Assembly: GCA_965112735.1 (NCBI GenBank) | Contig: OZ218965.1 | Location: forward strand, 1,674,001-1,738,000 | From: Phaeosaccion multiseriatum | Taxonomy: Eukaryota; Protista; Ochrophyta, other classes | Length of the DNA stretch: 64,000 bases | Direction: 5' to 3' | In this document: piece by piece, positions 1 to 12,542 of the stretch | Position numbering within the stretch: position 1 is the first letter of the stretch | How the letters are laid out: each line of letters opens with the position of its first letter | Program-made: the position numbers and the translations under genes | The notes under the pieces: model-generated | What the model was told of the DNA's origin: nothing | The model's database searches: none | What the model saw: only the letters and a program-made list of their open reading frames with translations

Positions 1-1258
1 AGCAGCAGCCTCCGAATCAGCCAGGCTACGCTTCTGTGCCTCAGCAGCAGCAGCAGCAGCAGCAGCAGCATCAGCAGCACAAGCAGCAGCATGCGCCTAT
101 GCCTGGAGTGAGCTTTGTGCACGCCGCTGGGGGGGAGGCAGAGGCGGACTCCAAAGCCGCCCCTCGGCCCAAGCTCGACGACGAGATGGAGCGCCAGGTA
201 CGGTTACAGAGACAGTTTGGGCCGTGGGGTGTGTGTGTCGCATATTGTCGCATATGCAAACGACGACTTTGATAAGTAAATGAATGGCTGCAAGTCCGCC
301 GAGTCTTTCCCTTCCACCACCACCCCGCCCCGCCCGTTTTACTACACGACCTCCTCCTCCCCGTCTTGGTACATCAAAAGTGCACAGGGAGTCTCCTTCC
401 TTCCTTTCCAGCGCGACTGCCTGCTCTGTGTAGATGGGTGGTTTGGGGGGGGCAGGCGAGTGTGTCGAGTTTATTAAAAGACGAACGCAGGGAGGACTCT
501 GCGTCTCTCCGTCTCGCAGACTCAGCATGACTCGTTCGATTTGACTGCGAGAAAGGCCTGGCTGACGCCACCGCTTGCGTTCGCCCGCTGTGCTGCCGGC
601 CGACTCTCCCAATTGCCCTCCATCCATCCTTCCTTCCTCCACAGGAGCAGCAGGTTAGTGACTACATGAATGCTGCGGTGCGGGGGCGAGGCTTGGGCTT
701 TGTGGTACCCAAGCGGGAGGAGGAGGAGCAGCGCTTTCTTAGACCAGCAGCAGCTCCCCAGGGGGGTGCGTCCATCGCCCCTCCCTCGTCCTTAGCGGGG
801 CAGGTGAAGGAGGAAGGAATGGTCGTTGTGAAGAGCGAGCAAGAACAAGAGCAAGGGAGCGAGGGGGTGGGCGCGACTGGAGAGACAGGAGGAGCGCCCC
901 CTTCCACTCCCTCTGCGGGTCTCACAGGGGCAGCAGCAGCCGCCGCAGCCATCGCCGCTCGGTTAGGGGCAATTAAGTCCGACGCAGTCAGTCAGCAGGA
1001 GCTACCCCCGGGGGAGAGACGGATGGTACCAGACGGCTTCGTCGCGGCCGCTGAGATCATCCCGTTGCCAGAGGTGCTGGAGCGCCCCTTCGTGCTTCCG
1101 CTGGTGTTTGATGCCACCACCAGCCTCATCAGGCCCAGGGAGAGGGACAGGCTCAAGAAGGCGGCTATTAAGAACATTGAGTACATAGAGAGGTGGGTGA
1201 GCAAGAGAAAGAGAGAGAGAGGAGAAAGAGAGAGATAGAGAGAGAGAGAGAGAAAGAA

Positions 1259-1319
<61 letters not shown>

Positions 1320-1320
1320 T

Positions 1321-1367
<47 letters not shown>

Positions 1368-1432
1368 TAGAGAGAGAGAAAGAGAGAGAGAGAAAGAGAG
1401 AGAGAAAGAGAGAGATAGAGAGAAAGAGAGAT

Positions 1433-1479
<47 letters not shown>

Positions 1480-1480
1480 T

Positions 1481-1527
<47 letters not shown>

Positions 1528-2001
1528 TAGAGAGAGAGAGTGGACCAAAGTCGGCAGTCGACGGCCATCAAACGTGCGCTGTGTTTTGATGTTGTAGGGG
1601 GCGCTGCTCGTACGCTTTCGAGAGAGCAGCCGAATCGCCTTTTCCATCCCTTGTACGTGTTTCCTTGGCCAAGCCCTCTGCTGCGTCAGTCAACTGCAGC
1701 CTCCTGTGCCCGTCTTCTCTCCGCCCTTCCTTCCTCCTCTATCGCTGCTGCTCACCTGCTACTGCTGTTGCTCGTGCCCGCCATGATCCGCACTCTCGCT
1801 TGCAGGAAGGAGATGGAAGGGAGGATGAAGAAGCTGGAGCGCCTTGACCAGGTGCATTATGTAATGTTATGTAGGACTGGTTGGGCCTTCCCCCTGCAGC
1901 TTGTTGGGCCTCCCATCCTTGTCTTTGTCTTTTAGACAGTTGTGCCTCGGTCTTGAGCAGGGATGGATTTTCTGATCTTCTACCCCCCTCCCACTTACCC
2001 G

Positions 2002-2035
<34 letters not shown>

Positions 2036-3669
2036 TCACTTATGCGACTCCCTTATTTCAATTCCAATTCCAATCTGGCCGAATGATAGGAGGAGCAACA
2101 GGCCAAAGCGGCCATCGCAGCTGCCATGGGCAGGAGTGGGAGGGGGGGGCGAGGGGGGCAGCAGCAGAGAGGCGGTATCGGCTACCAGAGAGGACGGGGG
2201 GGAGGGAGGGGCGGGAGGGGAGGGAGGGGAGGGTATCCGCAGCAGCAGACGCACGAGGCACAGTCCGCCAACTGCAGCCTGTATGTGTGCGGCCTGCCTT
2301 CCACCATCACACACGAAAAGGCAAGTGTCTCTCTCGCTCTCCCTCCCTCCCTCTCTCTTTGTCTCTCTGTCTCTCTCTCTTCTTTCCGTCACTCTCTCTC
2401 TCCCACTTCTCTTTCCCCTCTCCTCCTCGTCTCTCTCTCTGTCTCTTTTGTCTCTCTCCCCCCACCCCCCCCCCCCCTCTCTCTCTCTCTCCACCGCCGC
2501 GGCCTTGATGGGAGAGCGTCTCCCTGCTGTTGTCGCGCCCGCAAGGCCATACCTTGGTTGTTTAGGGAGGCCTACCTTCCTTCCGTACCAGAGAGGGAGG
2601 TTTCCCTTCTCCCCTCATCGCTACCGCTCATCTCCGTCTCTCGTGCCGTCCCTCCCCGCCTTCCCTCTGGCGACTTTCCGACCACGTTCGCACGCACACA
2701 CACACACTCTCTCTCTCTCACACACAGTTGATGCAGCTCTTCAACCCGTATGGCAAGATCAAGCGGGCGAAGCTGTACACAGGGCCAGCCGGGAAGCCCA
2801 AGGGGGACGCGCTCGTGACGTTTCAGCTGGACAGAAGTGCGGAGGCGGCCATGGCTCGGCTCCATGACACCAAGATGGGGGAGGGCCTCACGTTGAGCGT
2901 TACCCTGGCAGACTTTTCGTACAAGAAGGTGAGTGGGCTTACACTTAACAGCTACGCCACGCAGGGCGAAAGTGTGGTGGACTAGCAGCGGTAGTAGTCT
3001 TTAGGGGAGGACTTTGGTCAAACGCGGAGTCGTGCCATTTGTCGTCGGTTCTCGAGGTGGAGAGGGTCTTGAGCCTGCGATGACCGCTCGCGCACGTAGT
3101 GCCGCTTGATGCTCATGCCCCACTATACTCAAACTCAAACTCAAACTCTCTATTTGTGTGGTGTCTGACGATACCCTACAAAAGCAGGAGCCGCTGGAGC
3201 AGCAGGGGCGGGGGCAGCAGCAGCAGCAGCAGCAGGAGGAGGAGGAAGAGGAGAGGCAGGTGGAGGAGGAGGAGGAGGAGAGGCGGCGAAACGCGGCGGC
3301 TGGGGCTGCGGTACCAGGGCTGCAGACGTTACCCCCACTCCCTCCAGAGTGTGAGGCACAGCTCTATCCCGTGCTTGTGCTATATAATGTGTATACGTCG
3401 GAGGAGGCAGAGGGAGACCCTGACTTCTTCGATGAGCTGGAGGTGAGTCAGTGAGTGAGTGAGTGAGGAAATGAGAGGGGCAGAGGGACGGAGGGAATGA
3501 GAGTGAGTGAGTGAGTGGAATGCCAGCTTCTGTGCGGCTCTTTCTCCCCTCGATTGATCGGGTTGGGTCTCACGGCGTCCAACCGTCTCTCTTTGTCTCC
3601 CTCCCTCCCTCCCTCCCCCCCTCCCCCTCCCCTCTCTGTCTCTCTCTCTCTCTGTGTGTGTATGTGTCC

Positions 3670-3703
<34 letters not shown>

Positions 3704-4580
3704 CCCTCTCTCTCTCTCTCTCTCTCTCCCCTGTCCAGAGAGACATGTTGTCCGAGTCCATCAAGTTCGGCAACGTGCGGCGTGTGGTGACGCCGGAGGG
3801 CCCCTTTTACCAAGGAGCCGTGGCCATCACCTTTGAGAAAGCCGATGCGGCGAGAGCTTGTGCCAAGTGAGTGCCACGCATGGTACGGCGGATGAGTGAG
3901 GCACACCCAGGGGGGCTGATTGGGCTGATTGGGCAGGGCGAGGGGCGGTGCTGCAGGGCTCGCATCGGCTTTGTAGTGATGTCATGAGGAGCAGAAATAC
4001 TTTCATGCGTTGGTGTATTCAAATGCGCCAAGTGCTCTCTCTCTCTCTATTGATGACGCAACACTCTTATCTGGCCTTTCGTCAAGCCTCCCGGAGGCAG
4101 CGGCAGAAGACGCAGCCGCACTTACTCCGTCTCCGCGCCGTGCAATCGCTGCCGTCCTGTCCCCTCCCCCCCCCCTTAGAATGATGCACGGCCGGTGGTT
4201 TGACAGCCGCCAGATCGAAGCGGAAGAGCAGGGAAATTTTGAGGTGCGGGCTCTCTCTCTCTCCTCTGTTTGTCCCTTCGCGCTCTCCCGCTCTACTACT
4301 CCCCCTCTACCTCCCGCACCCTTTCCCTGGTCTTCTGCCACCTAATTGCTGTCCTGTACGTTCATGCATGCCTGCTCCTTTCCCTCTCGCGCAGACTCCT
4401 GGCGTGGCCAGTCCGCAAGCGGCAGCAGCACCAGCAGCAGCAGCAGCAGCCCCGCCCCCCGCGCAGAAGCGTGCTCCGTCTCAGGCCTTGGAGGCCCTGC
4501 GACAGTACGACGACGCGGAAACGACGGAGAAGGAGGAGCCCGAGCCATCGTCGCTGGAGGACTTTCTTAGCTCAGTGTAG
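1..4580 (+). CDS. HTATSF1: Multi-exon HTATSF1/Tat-SF1/Cus2-like splicing factor (RRM + UHM), 5' end probably outside the window
   Basis: Spliced RRM SLYVCGLPSTITHEK|LMQLFNPYGKIKRAKLYTGPAGKPKGDALVTF (exon ending 2320 joined to 2728-2928). UHM LYNVYTSEEAEGDPDFFDELE|RDMLSESIKFGNVRRV...|MMHGRWFDSRQIEA. Stop at 4578-4580. Upstream exons at about 646-1192 and 1806-1850. Confidence 0.75.
1203..1540. repeat. Long imperfect (GA)n microsatellite in an intron
   Basis: About 340 bp of GAGA/GAAA/GATA directly after a GT donor. Confidence 0.95.
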
Positions 4581-5070
4581 TCATCAGAGGAGCGAGCCAA
4601 GCGAGCAGTCGAAACGCACGTTGCAATCAATAGAGTTGTGGCTGCTCTTTTTTGCAGCCACACACTGACCAACTCAAGTACCCACCCATCACGTTCGCAC
4701 GTAGGAGAAGATTGGGACGAAGGCCTCTGAGCGCGAGGCTCGTACGTCGTACCGTACCAGTCGATGAGTGGCAGCGAGCTGCGGAGGAGTGGGGGTAGGG
4801 TTGGGGGATTCGTCGCCAAGATGACTCCTCGTACCCCTCCCTCAATCCCTCCCTCCCTCCTCCTCAGTAGCGCTTCCATTGGGGCCCGCCCAGTGCAGCA
4901 GCTGCGGCCCGACGTGTCACCATTTGCAGTCGAAGGAGGACTTACCCCCTCTAGTGGTCGCACGAGGCACGCAGCTGCCCGCCCACTCAGTCAGTGCGCA
5001 CAGCTCACCAACTCGTTGATGGCTGGAGGAGGAGGAGTAGCCTCGGGCGCAATTGGGGAGAGGGGTGGGG

Positions 5071-5484
5071 CTAAGAAAGAAATCGCCAGTGCCGGACTAA
5101 AAAAGAAATATCCCAGTGCCGTAGACCTCCTCGAGGGCACTCGATATCTTCGTAGACGCCCCAGCCGCAGAAGCGACAATTGGCAGCTCCATCTGCATTG
5201 CACCCCAGCCTGCCGAAGATGCCGGAAGGAGAGTCCAGGCACGTCTCGTCGACGTAGCAGGCTCGCGGAGCTCCGCCCACCAGTTCCTCCCGGCAGCACG
5301 GGAAAAGGTCTATAGTGGTGGAGGGGCGCACGAGGGGAGGTTAGAGGTGGGAGGAGGAAGGGGCAAAGCTACAGAACAACCTCCTCCCTCGCTCTCTTTG
5401 CTCACCTTGTTCTTGGGCTTTAAGTTGATATCCGATTAACGCCAACCCCACCACAAATGAGGGTATGCACAGAGAGGATCTCAT
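5071..5484 (-). CDS. Small secreted cysteine-rich protein; 3' end uncertain
   Basis: Exon 1 (5484-5406) encodes MRSSLCIPSFVVGLALIGYQLKAQEQ, which is signal-peptide-like, and ends in a GTGAG donor. A TAG acceptor opens exon 2 at 5309 in matching phase: DLFPCC...CYVDETC...GRLGCNADGAANCRFCGWGVYEDIECP. Confidence 0.65.
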
Positions 5485-5936
5485 AGAGCCTGCAGCCCCT
5501 CTTCCGCCCTGCCTTGTCTACTCGGGTCCGGAAAGCTGCTGAACAAATCACGGAAAGAAATAACAAAAAAATCGATGTGCTTGGCCAATCCTCTGCTTGT
5601 GCCTGCTTCCCTGCACTGCTGCTGCGGCTGCTCCTGTCAACTTGCTGTGGGGAGCTGTCCCTTCCTCTTGCTCTTTTATTTACCCCTCGCGCTTTCTAAC
5701 CTCAATTATTGGTTTTGGTTCGACGAAATCAGTGACCCCCAACCCAGCATGGGCGACACCTTAGCGCAGTCCGCTTGCGAGGTTGTGACTATTAGGCGGC
5801 AATGATGGATGGATGGATGGATGGATGGACGCAATTGCTTCAACCTCCGGTTTATTATTTCGACCTTCTCGGAGCGGTCGCGATGGAGGAGTTTTAGTTT
5901 CAGGTGCATTTTGGTTGCGGCCTATTCCCCCTCGGC

Positions 5937-6629
5937 CCATGCACGCCTAGCGGCCTAGGCCTAAATTGCCCGGCCTAGCGAGGGCCGTAGGCCCTCGGCC
6001 TATTTATAGGCCGCCGCCTAGGCGGCCTAGGCGGGCCGGAGGCCCGCGGCCTTGTCGCGGGTCCAGGGCGGGAATATGCTCATATGCCCCTGGGCTGGCC
6101 CGGAACCCGCCCAAGTGTCGTAGCTAGAGGGGAGATTGAAGTCAAACGATAGTTTAATTTTAAAAAAATGTTTTTTGTCCCCTCACTCTTCTGCCTCTCC
6201 CTACCTAGCTCGCTTCGCCCTCCCTTCCTCCACCCCGGGGCCCACCACTTTTGCTCTGAGCGCCACATCCATCATTGTCTGCTACAACGAGGGCGCCTGT
6301 GGAAATGAGTGCCACCTTCGTTGCCTCGGCCTTCGCTCCAGGCCGAGAGGACGGTGGGAGTGCCCAGAGTGCAAAGAGTAGTCAGTTTTAAGGAAAAGTA
6401 AGGCATTAGAGTAGACTTGGTTCTTGTTGTCTCTTTCCGCCTCGCTGGCCCTACGAGGAGTGTAGGCCTTCGTGTGCTGCTACCCACTGGCCGGGCGGCA
6501 CCACGCACGCGCCCATGGTCACTGGGAGGCTGCCTAGAGGCGGGCTATGTAGACCGCCTAGGACTGAAAAGTGAGCGGCCTAGCTAGAGCGGCCTAGCGG
6601 CCTAGAGCAAAACCGCTAGGCGTGCATGG
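5937..6629. mobile_element. Non-autonomous TIR DNA transposon (MITE-like) carrying a PHD-finger fragment
   Basis: Perfect 17-bp TIRs CCATGCACGCCTAGCGG (5937-5953) and CCGCTAGGCGTGCATGG (6613-6629), GGC on both flanks (candidate 3-bp TSD), many subterminal GCCTAG motifs, and internal CYNEGACGNECHLRCLGLRSRPRGRWECPECKE*. Confidence 0.75.
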
Positions 6630-6639
6630 GGCTGACCCC

Positions 6640-7520
6640 TTCTTCCTAGACAGCCACGGGCGCTTTCACGAAGCACATGCTGATGCTCCTCGCAGCCTCT
6701 TCTCTCCCAGAGGATAAGATGTGCTCTGTGACGACGGTATTCCGTGGGGCAGATTGGTGGTATTCCGTGGGGCCGCCCTGTGCTCAACCCCTCCCTCTCC
6801 GTTCCTTCGCTCTTCTACCTCGCAGACTCCCGCGGGAATGAGGTTCAGCACCACATGCTGGCCAACCCCATTCCTTTCGCGCCATTGATTGAAGCGAGAG
6901 CCCCGCTCGTCCACAGAGCGGTGCGAAGGGTAGCTAGTCCGACATGAGGCAGGCGACAGGCCCGAACTCGCCGTAGTGGCCAACGAGGAAGTTGGCCTTG
7001 TCCGTGGATTCAGCAGGCGTGGGGATGCCTTCCGAAGCCACCATGGTGGTGGTGGGGCCCAGGACAAGCTCTACGAACATATCCGCCTTGACCTCTGCGC
7101 TCGTCGTGGGGTTGTCGCCACTCCATTCCTCGAGCTGCTCCCTTCCCTTCACCTCCGCGCCGTTCCAGGGGCTGCTCCCGCTCGGGTACGCCACGCACTG
7201 CCCAGGCACTGCCCCCGCTGTTATCGTCTCCAAGATGGTGTCCATTGGCACCGGGGAGCGGTCCTCAAACGGCACCCGGTGCTACACCACGCACTGCGCC
7301 TGGGCAGTGACGAGAACAGCCTTCGAACCCACCCACTCGGCCCCCTCGTCTTTTCCAGGAGACGGGTGACAGCAGCAGCTGTTCTCGTCTCCTCTGCTGG
7401 ATGGGTGCTTTCAACATCGCGCAGATCTGACACCTCGCTGCTGCTGTCACCCGTGGGGGGGGAGGGGTGTTTTCACAGGCCCGCAGATCTGACACCTCGC
7501 TGCTGCTGTCACCTTCGTCG
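6640..7520 (-). pseudogene. Degenerate coding-like segment of unknown origin, with a 32-bp direct repeat
   Basis: Frame 7275-6934 is bounded by in-frame stops but protein-like on both sides. The repeat CGCAGATCTGACACCTCGCTGCTGCTGTCACC occurs at 7420-7451 and 7482-7513. Confidence 0.3.
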
Positions 7521-7720
7521 CTGTCCTTGGTGCTAGGAATATCAATAACACCGTTGCTGCTGGTGAAGGGCAGAAGGAGAGAAGAGACAGAGAAATTAAG
7601 TTTTAAAAAATTGTACTTAGGCTGGGCAATTGGGAAACACCGATCGAAGAGACAACAGAGGGCAAGGGGAAGATGAGAAGTAGACCCCATTTGCGCCTCA
7701 CCTGGCAGATGCAGCCCCCG

Positions 7721-7856
7721 AGCAGCAGACAATGGACTCGAGAGTCAGCCGTGAGGAGAAGGCAAACACCCCCCCCTCACCCTTGAGGCTCCCCAGTTGA
7801 GGGGGGGGTGTTTGCCTTCTCCTCACGGCTGACTCTCGAGTCCATTGTCTACTGCT
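7721..7856. repeat. 59-bp inverted repeat with an 18-nt loop (fold-back hairpin)
   Basis: Arm 7721-7779 is the reverse complement of 7798-7856 with one mismatch. Confidence 0.95.
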
Positions 7857-8105
7857 GGTGGTGGTTTTGGGGCGTTCAAGGCCGTGAAACACAGAATGGT
7901 TGCTGCCATTGTCTCCCCTTCATGGAATTTAAAGAGAGAAGGACTGATTAGTAGTAGAGTCGAAAATGGAAAATGAGAAGGGGAAGAGGGAAACCGAGTT
8001 GGGATGGACTAACAGGAGCCCACTGCTGTGCCGGGCACCGCATATTGGAGAGCCGAGAGCATCATGACGCAGCACGCTTTCCCTCCACCACTCCTTGGAG
8101 AGAGG

Positions 8106-11100
8106 ATGAGCGTGAGTAGAAGGAGTAGAGGTGGTGGCGTGAAAAGCAGGCGTGTGGAGGATGGAGGGGCGGTGCGATCCAGGAGGAGCCTTGGCCTCGT
8201 CTTGCTGAGCGTGGTGCTGCAGGGCAGAGGCGTGGAGGCGTTTTACGGTGGAGCAGTATCGAAGGCCTTCGTGGCAGTGGTAGCGACAGGGTGCGTTGGG
8301 TCAGCAAGGTGGAGTCGTGTTCAGTCGTCCTCCTACCTATCCCAACCCTGTCTTCTCTTCCTCTCCTGCCTGCATCACTGCTGCCGCTTTCTTCCCACGT
8401 TCCCCCGCACTCCTCCACGCGCTCACCCCCTTCGTTCCGCCCCCACCCTGCCGTTCTTTCCATTGTGTTCACCGACTGTCTCTGTCATCTCTCCAGGCGC
8501 CAGTCCCACCACCCAGAACGAATACACATGTCGGCAGCAGTCCAAGAGGCGCCGACAGAGGCCAAGAAAGGACAGGTGAGGGGTGGATCCGACGTCCTCG
8601 ACGAGAGACTGTCGCCTTCCATGTAGGCAACCAACCCATCCAGGGCCATTGTCCCTCTGGGGTGCGATTGCTCTTGGTCCTCGTGGCTTCTGCTGCCTTT
8701 CACACTCCTACCCGTGTCCTTAGCTCTCGCTGTCGCGCAACCCCCCCCCACCCCATGGCAACACGAGAAGTGGTCGTCCCCGACTCGCGAGATCGAGCGG
8801 CGGCGGAATTTTGCCATTATTTCTCATCCCGACGCAGGCAAAACCACTCTGACGGAGAAGCTGCTTCTCTACGGAGGGGCCATCCAAGAGGCCGGGGCAG
8901 GTGAATGCAGAGTCGGGGTGAGCAGGCGGAGAGGGGGGGGGGGGGGGGATTGCGGCTGGGAGATACGAGAATGATTGGAAGTGAGGGGGTCTACACCGGA
9001 GTGAGTGAGCGAGTGAGGGAGGGCCTTACGCATGTAGGAAGGCGCCCCTCCTCCCCTGCTGCTGGTTGGGGGCATGGGTGTGCCTCGCTTCCACCGCCCA
9101 ACAACCCGCTGCCTTGCTTTCCTGCGCTGTGCGCTGTGCAGTCCGCTCCAAGGGAGAGCAACGGAGGGCCACGAGCGATTGGATGGAGCTCGAGAAGCAG
9201 AGGGGCATCTCCATTACATCCACGGTGCTGAGCTTCGAGTACAACGGCGTGCACATCAACCTGCTCGACACTCCGGGGTGAGGCTGGGTACATGGGTCTG
9301 TCGGAGAGGCAGAGCGGGGGAGGGAGGAGGGCTTACGATGAAAGGGGATGCTCTGCCTATGCTTCCCCTCCTGCTGCTGCTGGTGGTGCTGGTGGTGCTG
9401 GTGGTGCTGCTGGTGCTGCTGGCCTGCTCTCTGCTGTCGACTCACCATCTCTCCCGGCCTGTTGCCCCCCCCAGCTGAACTCATTTGTCTCATCCATCAT
9501 GCGTGGTCAGGCATCAAGACTTCAGCGAGGACACGTACCGCACTCTGGCCGCCGCTGACAACGCCGTTATGCTCGTGGACGCTGCTAAAGGTAATACATA
9601 ACAGGCCGTGGGGAGGAGAGCGGAGGGAGAGGAGGCAGCACTCGGAGGGCTGGGGGGGGGGGGGGGGTTAGGTCTCGAGCCCATCAGATGGTTTTGGGGC
9701 TTGAGCGATGCAATGAAGCGCACACTCACGTGACGTTGAGCTCCTTGAAGGGATGTGTGCTCCGGCCACCTCCACGTTGCTTTCGCTTCTCTTTGTCAAA
9801 CTTCAAACTTCCCCCCATGACACCTTCCCGAAGCACTTGTCCCTTAGGGCCAGCCTCTGAGGCCTCTCTCTGAGCCGTCCAGTGCTCGCGACTGGGCCCT
9901 TCGAAGGCGCACCGCGTGGACTCCCTCAATCTCACTGTGCGAATGCGTCAGGCGCTCCACACTGTGACTCACGCTGTCACTTGACGTTGTTTTCACTCCC
10001 CCTTGTCCCCTCCTCTCTGCCGCACAGGTCTGGAGCCGCAGACCCGAAAGCTGTTCGAAGTCTGTAAGCTCAGAGGCCTGCCCATGTTCACCTTCGTCAA
10101 CAAGGTAAGGAAGGGGCCGGACCCTCCGTGTTGCCCTCCGTCACCACCACCCTCCCTCCGAGAGGCCCCTCCCTCCCTCTCTCTCTCTCTGTGTCTCTTT
10201 CTCTCCTCCCCCTCTCTCTGCTGCCTGTCTCTCTCCTCTCTCCCTCTCTCCCTCCCATGTAACTGTAACTGTAACGCGCTCCACACCACACCGTATCCCC
10301 GTCTTCTTCCGCCTCCCCCCTCCTTTTCCACACACACGTTTGGCTGCCGGCCAATCCCCGTAACCCACCCACATACATACATACATACATACATACATAC
10401 ATACATACATACATACATACATACGTACGTACATACATACATACATACATACACCTCAGATGGACCGCCCCGCGCTCTCTCCCTTTGAGATTATGGACCA
10501 AATCGAAAAGGACTTTGGACTAACCATGTGCCCTATAGTGTGGCCCATCGGCGAGGGTGACCGCTTCAAGGGTGTGCTGGACAGGCAAACCAATGAAGTG
10601 TACCTCTTCAATCGCGGCACTCGGATGGGCAAGGCAGAGGAGCTGGAGGTGGTGCCTTTTAACGACCCATCTCTGCCCGACGTGCTAGGGGAGGAACTGT
10701 ATGCTCAGCTGCAGGAGGACGTGGAGCTGTTGGATGGCATTGTAGAGCCGCTGGACATGGAGATGGTGGTGGCGGGGCAGCAGAGCCCCATGTTCTTTGG
10801 ATCTGCCATGACCAACTTCGGTGAGAGGGAGAGAGGGAGGGAGGGAGGGAGGAAGGGAAGGAGGGACATACGGAGCTTGACTCTTTTCTCGACATGGTCT
10901 TCAATCTGCTTCGTCTTGCTTTCTCTTCCCTACAGGAGTGGAGCTGTTTCTGAAACGCTTCTTGACCATGGGCCTGGAGCCGGTGGGCAGGAAGATGGAG
11001 GAGGAGACCGTACAACCGGACTATGGCGAGTTTACGGGCTTCGTCTTCAAGCTTCAGGTGCCGTGCCCCTCTTCTCTTTTGCATGCTTTGCTTGTCTTTT

Positions 11101-12325
11101 TGTCTGCCGTCGTTTTAAAGCTTTTTGTTTTCTTTACTCTCTCTCTCTCTCTTCTGCCACCGTGTGGAAAGAAGGAAGCTACACTTTGTGTGCTTCATTC
11201 ACACTCTTCTACTCGACTTCTCGTAAGAACAACACACAGGCGACCTTGCCCTGTGTACCCCTGTTCTGAAACGGTCCTTCCTCTCCCCGTTTTCCGACAC
11301 CGCCGCCTTCAACTTCCCCGCCCCACCCGTCAGGCCAACTTGAACCCACGCCACCGTGACCGACTGGCGTACATCCGCGTGGTGTCTGGCCGTTACGAGA
11401 AGGGTGAGTAAAGTGGCCTTGAGGCGAGAGAGGGCAGAGACTTGCATCGCCCGTATACAGGTCAGAGCCGGCAACTGCGCCGACACCTCCCCAAGCATCG
11501 GCGCGCGACCACGGCACTTGCTCCCTCCCATCCCATCGCTCTGTGCCTCAGTCGCCCTCTCTCTTTCTTTGACCTCTCTCCGTCGCTGACTCTTTATCTT
11601 CTCCCGCCGTGTCATATCTTTCTCGCTCTTCGTCCCACTCCAACCCCCCACCCTCCTCCTCCCTCTCAGGCATGAAGGTGTCCCACAGCCGCATGAAGAA
11701 TCGGCAAATCAACCTCGCACAAGCCAGTCAGCTCTTTGCGCAGGACAGGGAGGAGGTGCTGGCAGCCTATCCCGGAGACGTCATCGGGCTCAACAACCCG
11801 GGGCACTTTGCCATTGGCGACACCATCTACACGGGCAATAAGCGCATCGCCTTCCCGGGCATCCCCTCCTTCAGTCCCGAATGCTTTGTTACTATTCGCA
11901 ACCCCAACCCCTCCAAGTCCAAGGCTTATCGAAAGGGCATTGACCAGTTGCTGGACGAGGGGGCGGTGCAAATGCTCCGGGAGAGGTCCGACGACGGTAA
12001 CGGCAACCCCATCCTCGCCGCCGTGGGGCAGCTTCAGTTTGACGTGGTGATGCATCGCCTGCAGAGCGAGTACAATGTCGAGGCTGTGATGGAGGAGCTG
12101 GGCGGGTACAACCAGGCAAGGTGGTGTGGTGTAGACTGGCCAGAGGTGGATGAAGCGGCCAAGAGCGGCAAGTTGTTTGGCATCTTTCAGGCCAAGGATA
12201 GGTGGGACCGCCCTGTGCTGCTATTCCGCAACTCTTGGAAGCTTGAGTCGGTAGTTCAGGAACTGCCGGAGCTTGGCCTAGTGCCTTGGGCCTCTCCTCC
12301 GGACATCCTCGGCAAGAAGAGGTAG
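8106..12325 (+). CDS. prfC: Peptide chain release factor 3 (bacterial-type GTPase), probably plastid-targeted, multi-exon
   Basis: [29 protein letters not shown]; [16 protein letters not shown]; [19 protein letters not shown]; FVNKMDRP; FGSAMTNFG; [10 protein letters not shown]; [10 protein letters not shown]. Hydrophobic N-terminal stretch ends in VEA-F. Confidence 0.95.
10371..10452. repeat. (TACA)n microsatellite immediately upstream of a splice acceptor
   Basis: About 20 ACAT units before CAG|ATG at 10460. Confidence 0.95.
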
Positions 12326-12542
12326 AGGTGGAGTGAATTGAAGTAGGTTATAGAGATGAATGGCAGGGGAAATAAAGGACGGACAACACCGAAGGAGGGC
12401 TCGCGTCGCGCTGTTTTAGAGCATACAAATGCACAGGTCGTTACATTATTTATACTGGTGGCTTCTATCGAGTATATATGTATATAAACAGGATGATCAT
12501 GCCGTAGCCAACAAGTCCCTACATGTTTGACAAGGTCTAAGC

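Noticed and set aside
1002-1647. SLSL/ERER ORFs (also 13067-13988, 45624-46895, 47889-48888)
   Set aside because: They are translations of intronic microsatellites.
8106-12325. Bacterial contamination or recent HGT of prfC
   Set aside because: The gene has many host-style spliceosomal introns and a targeting leader.
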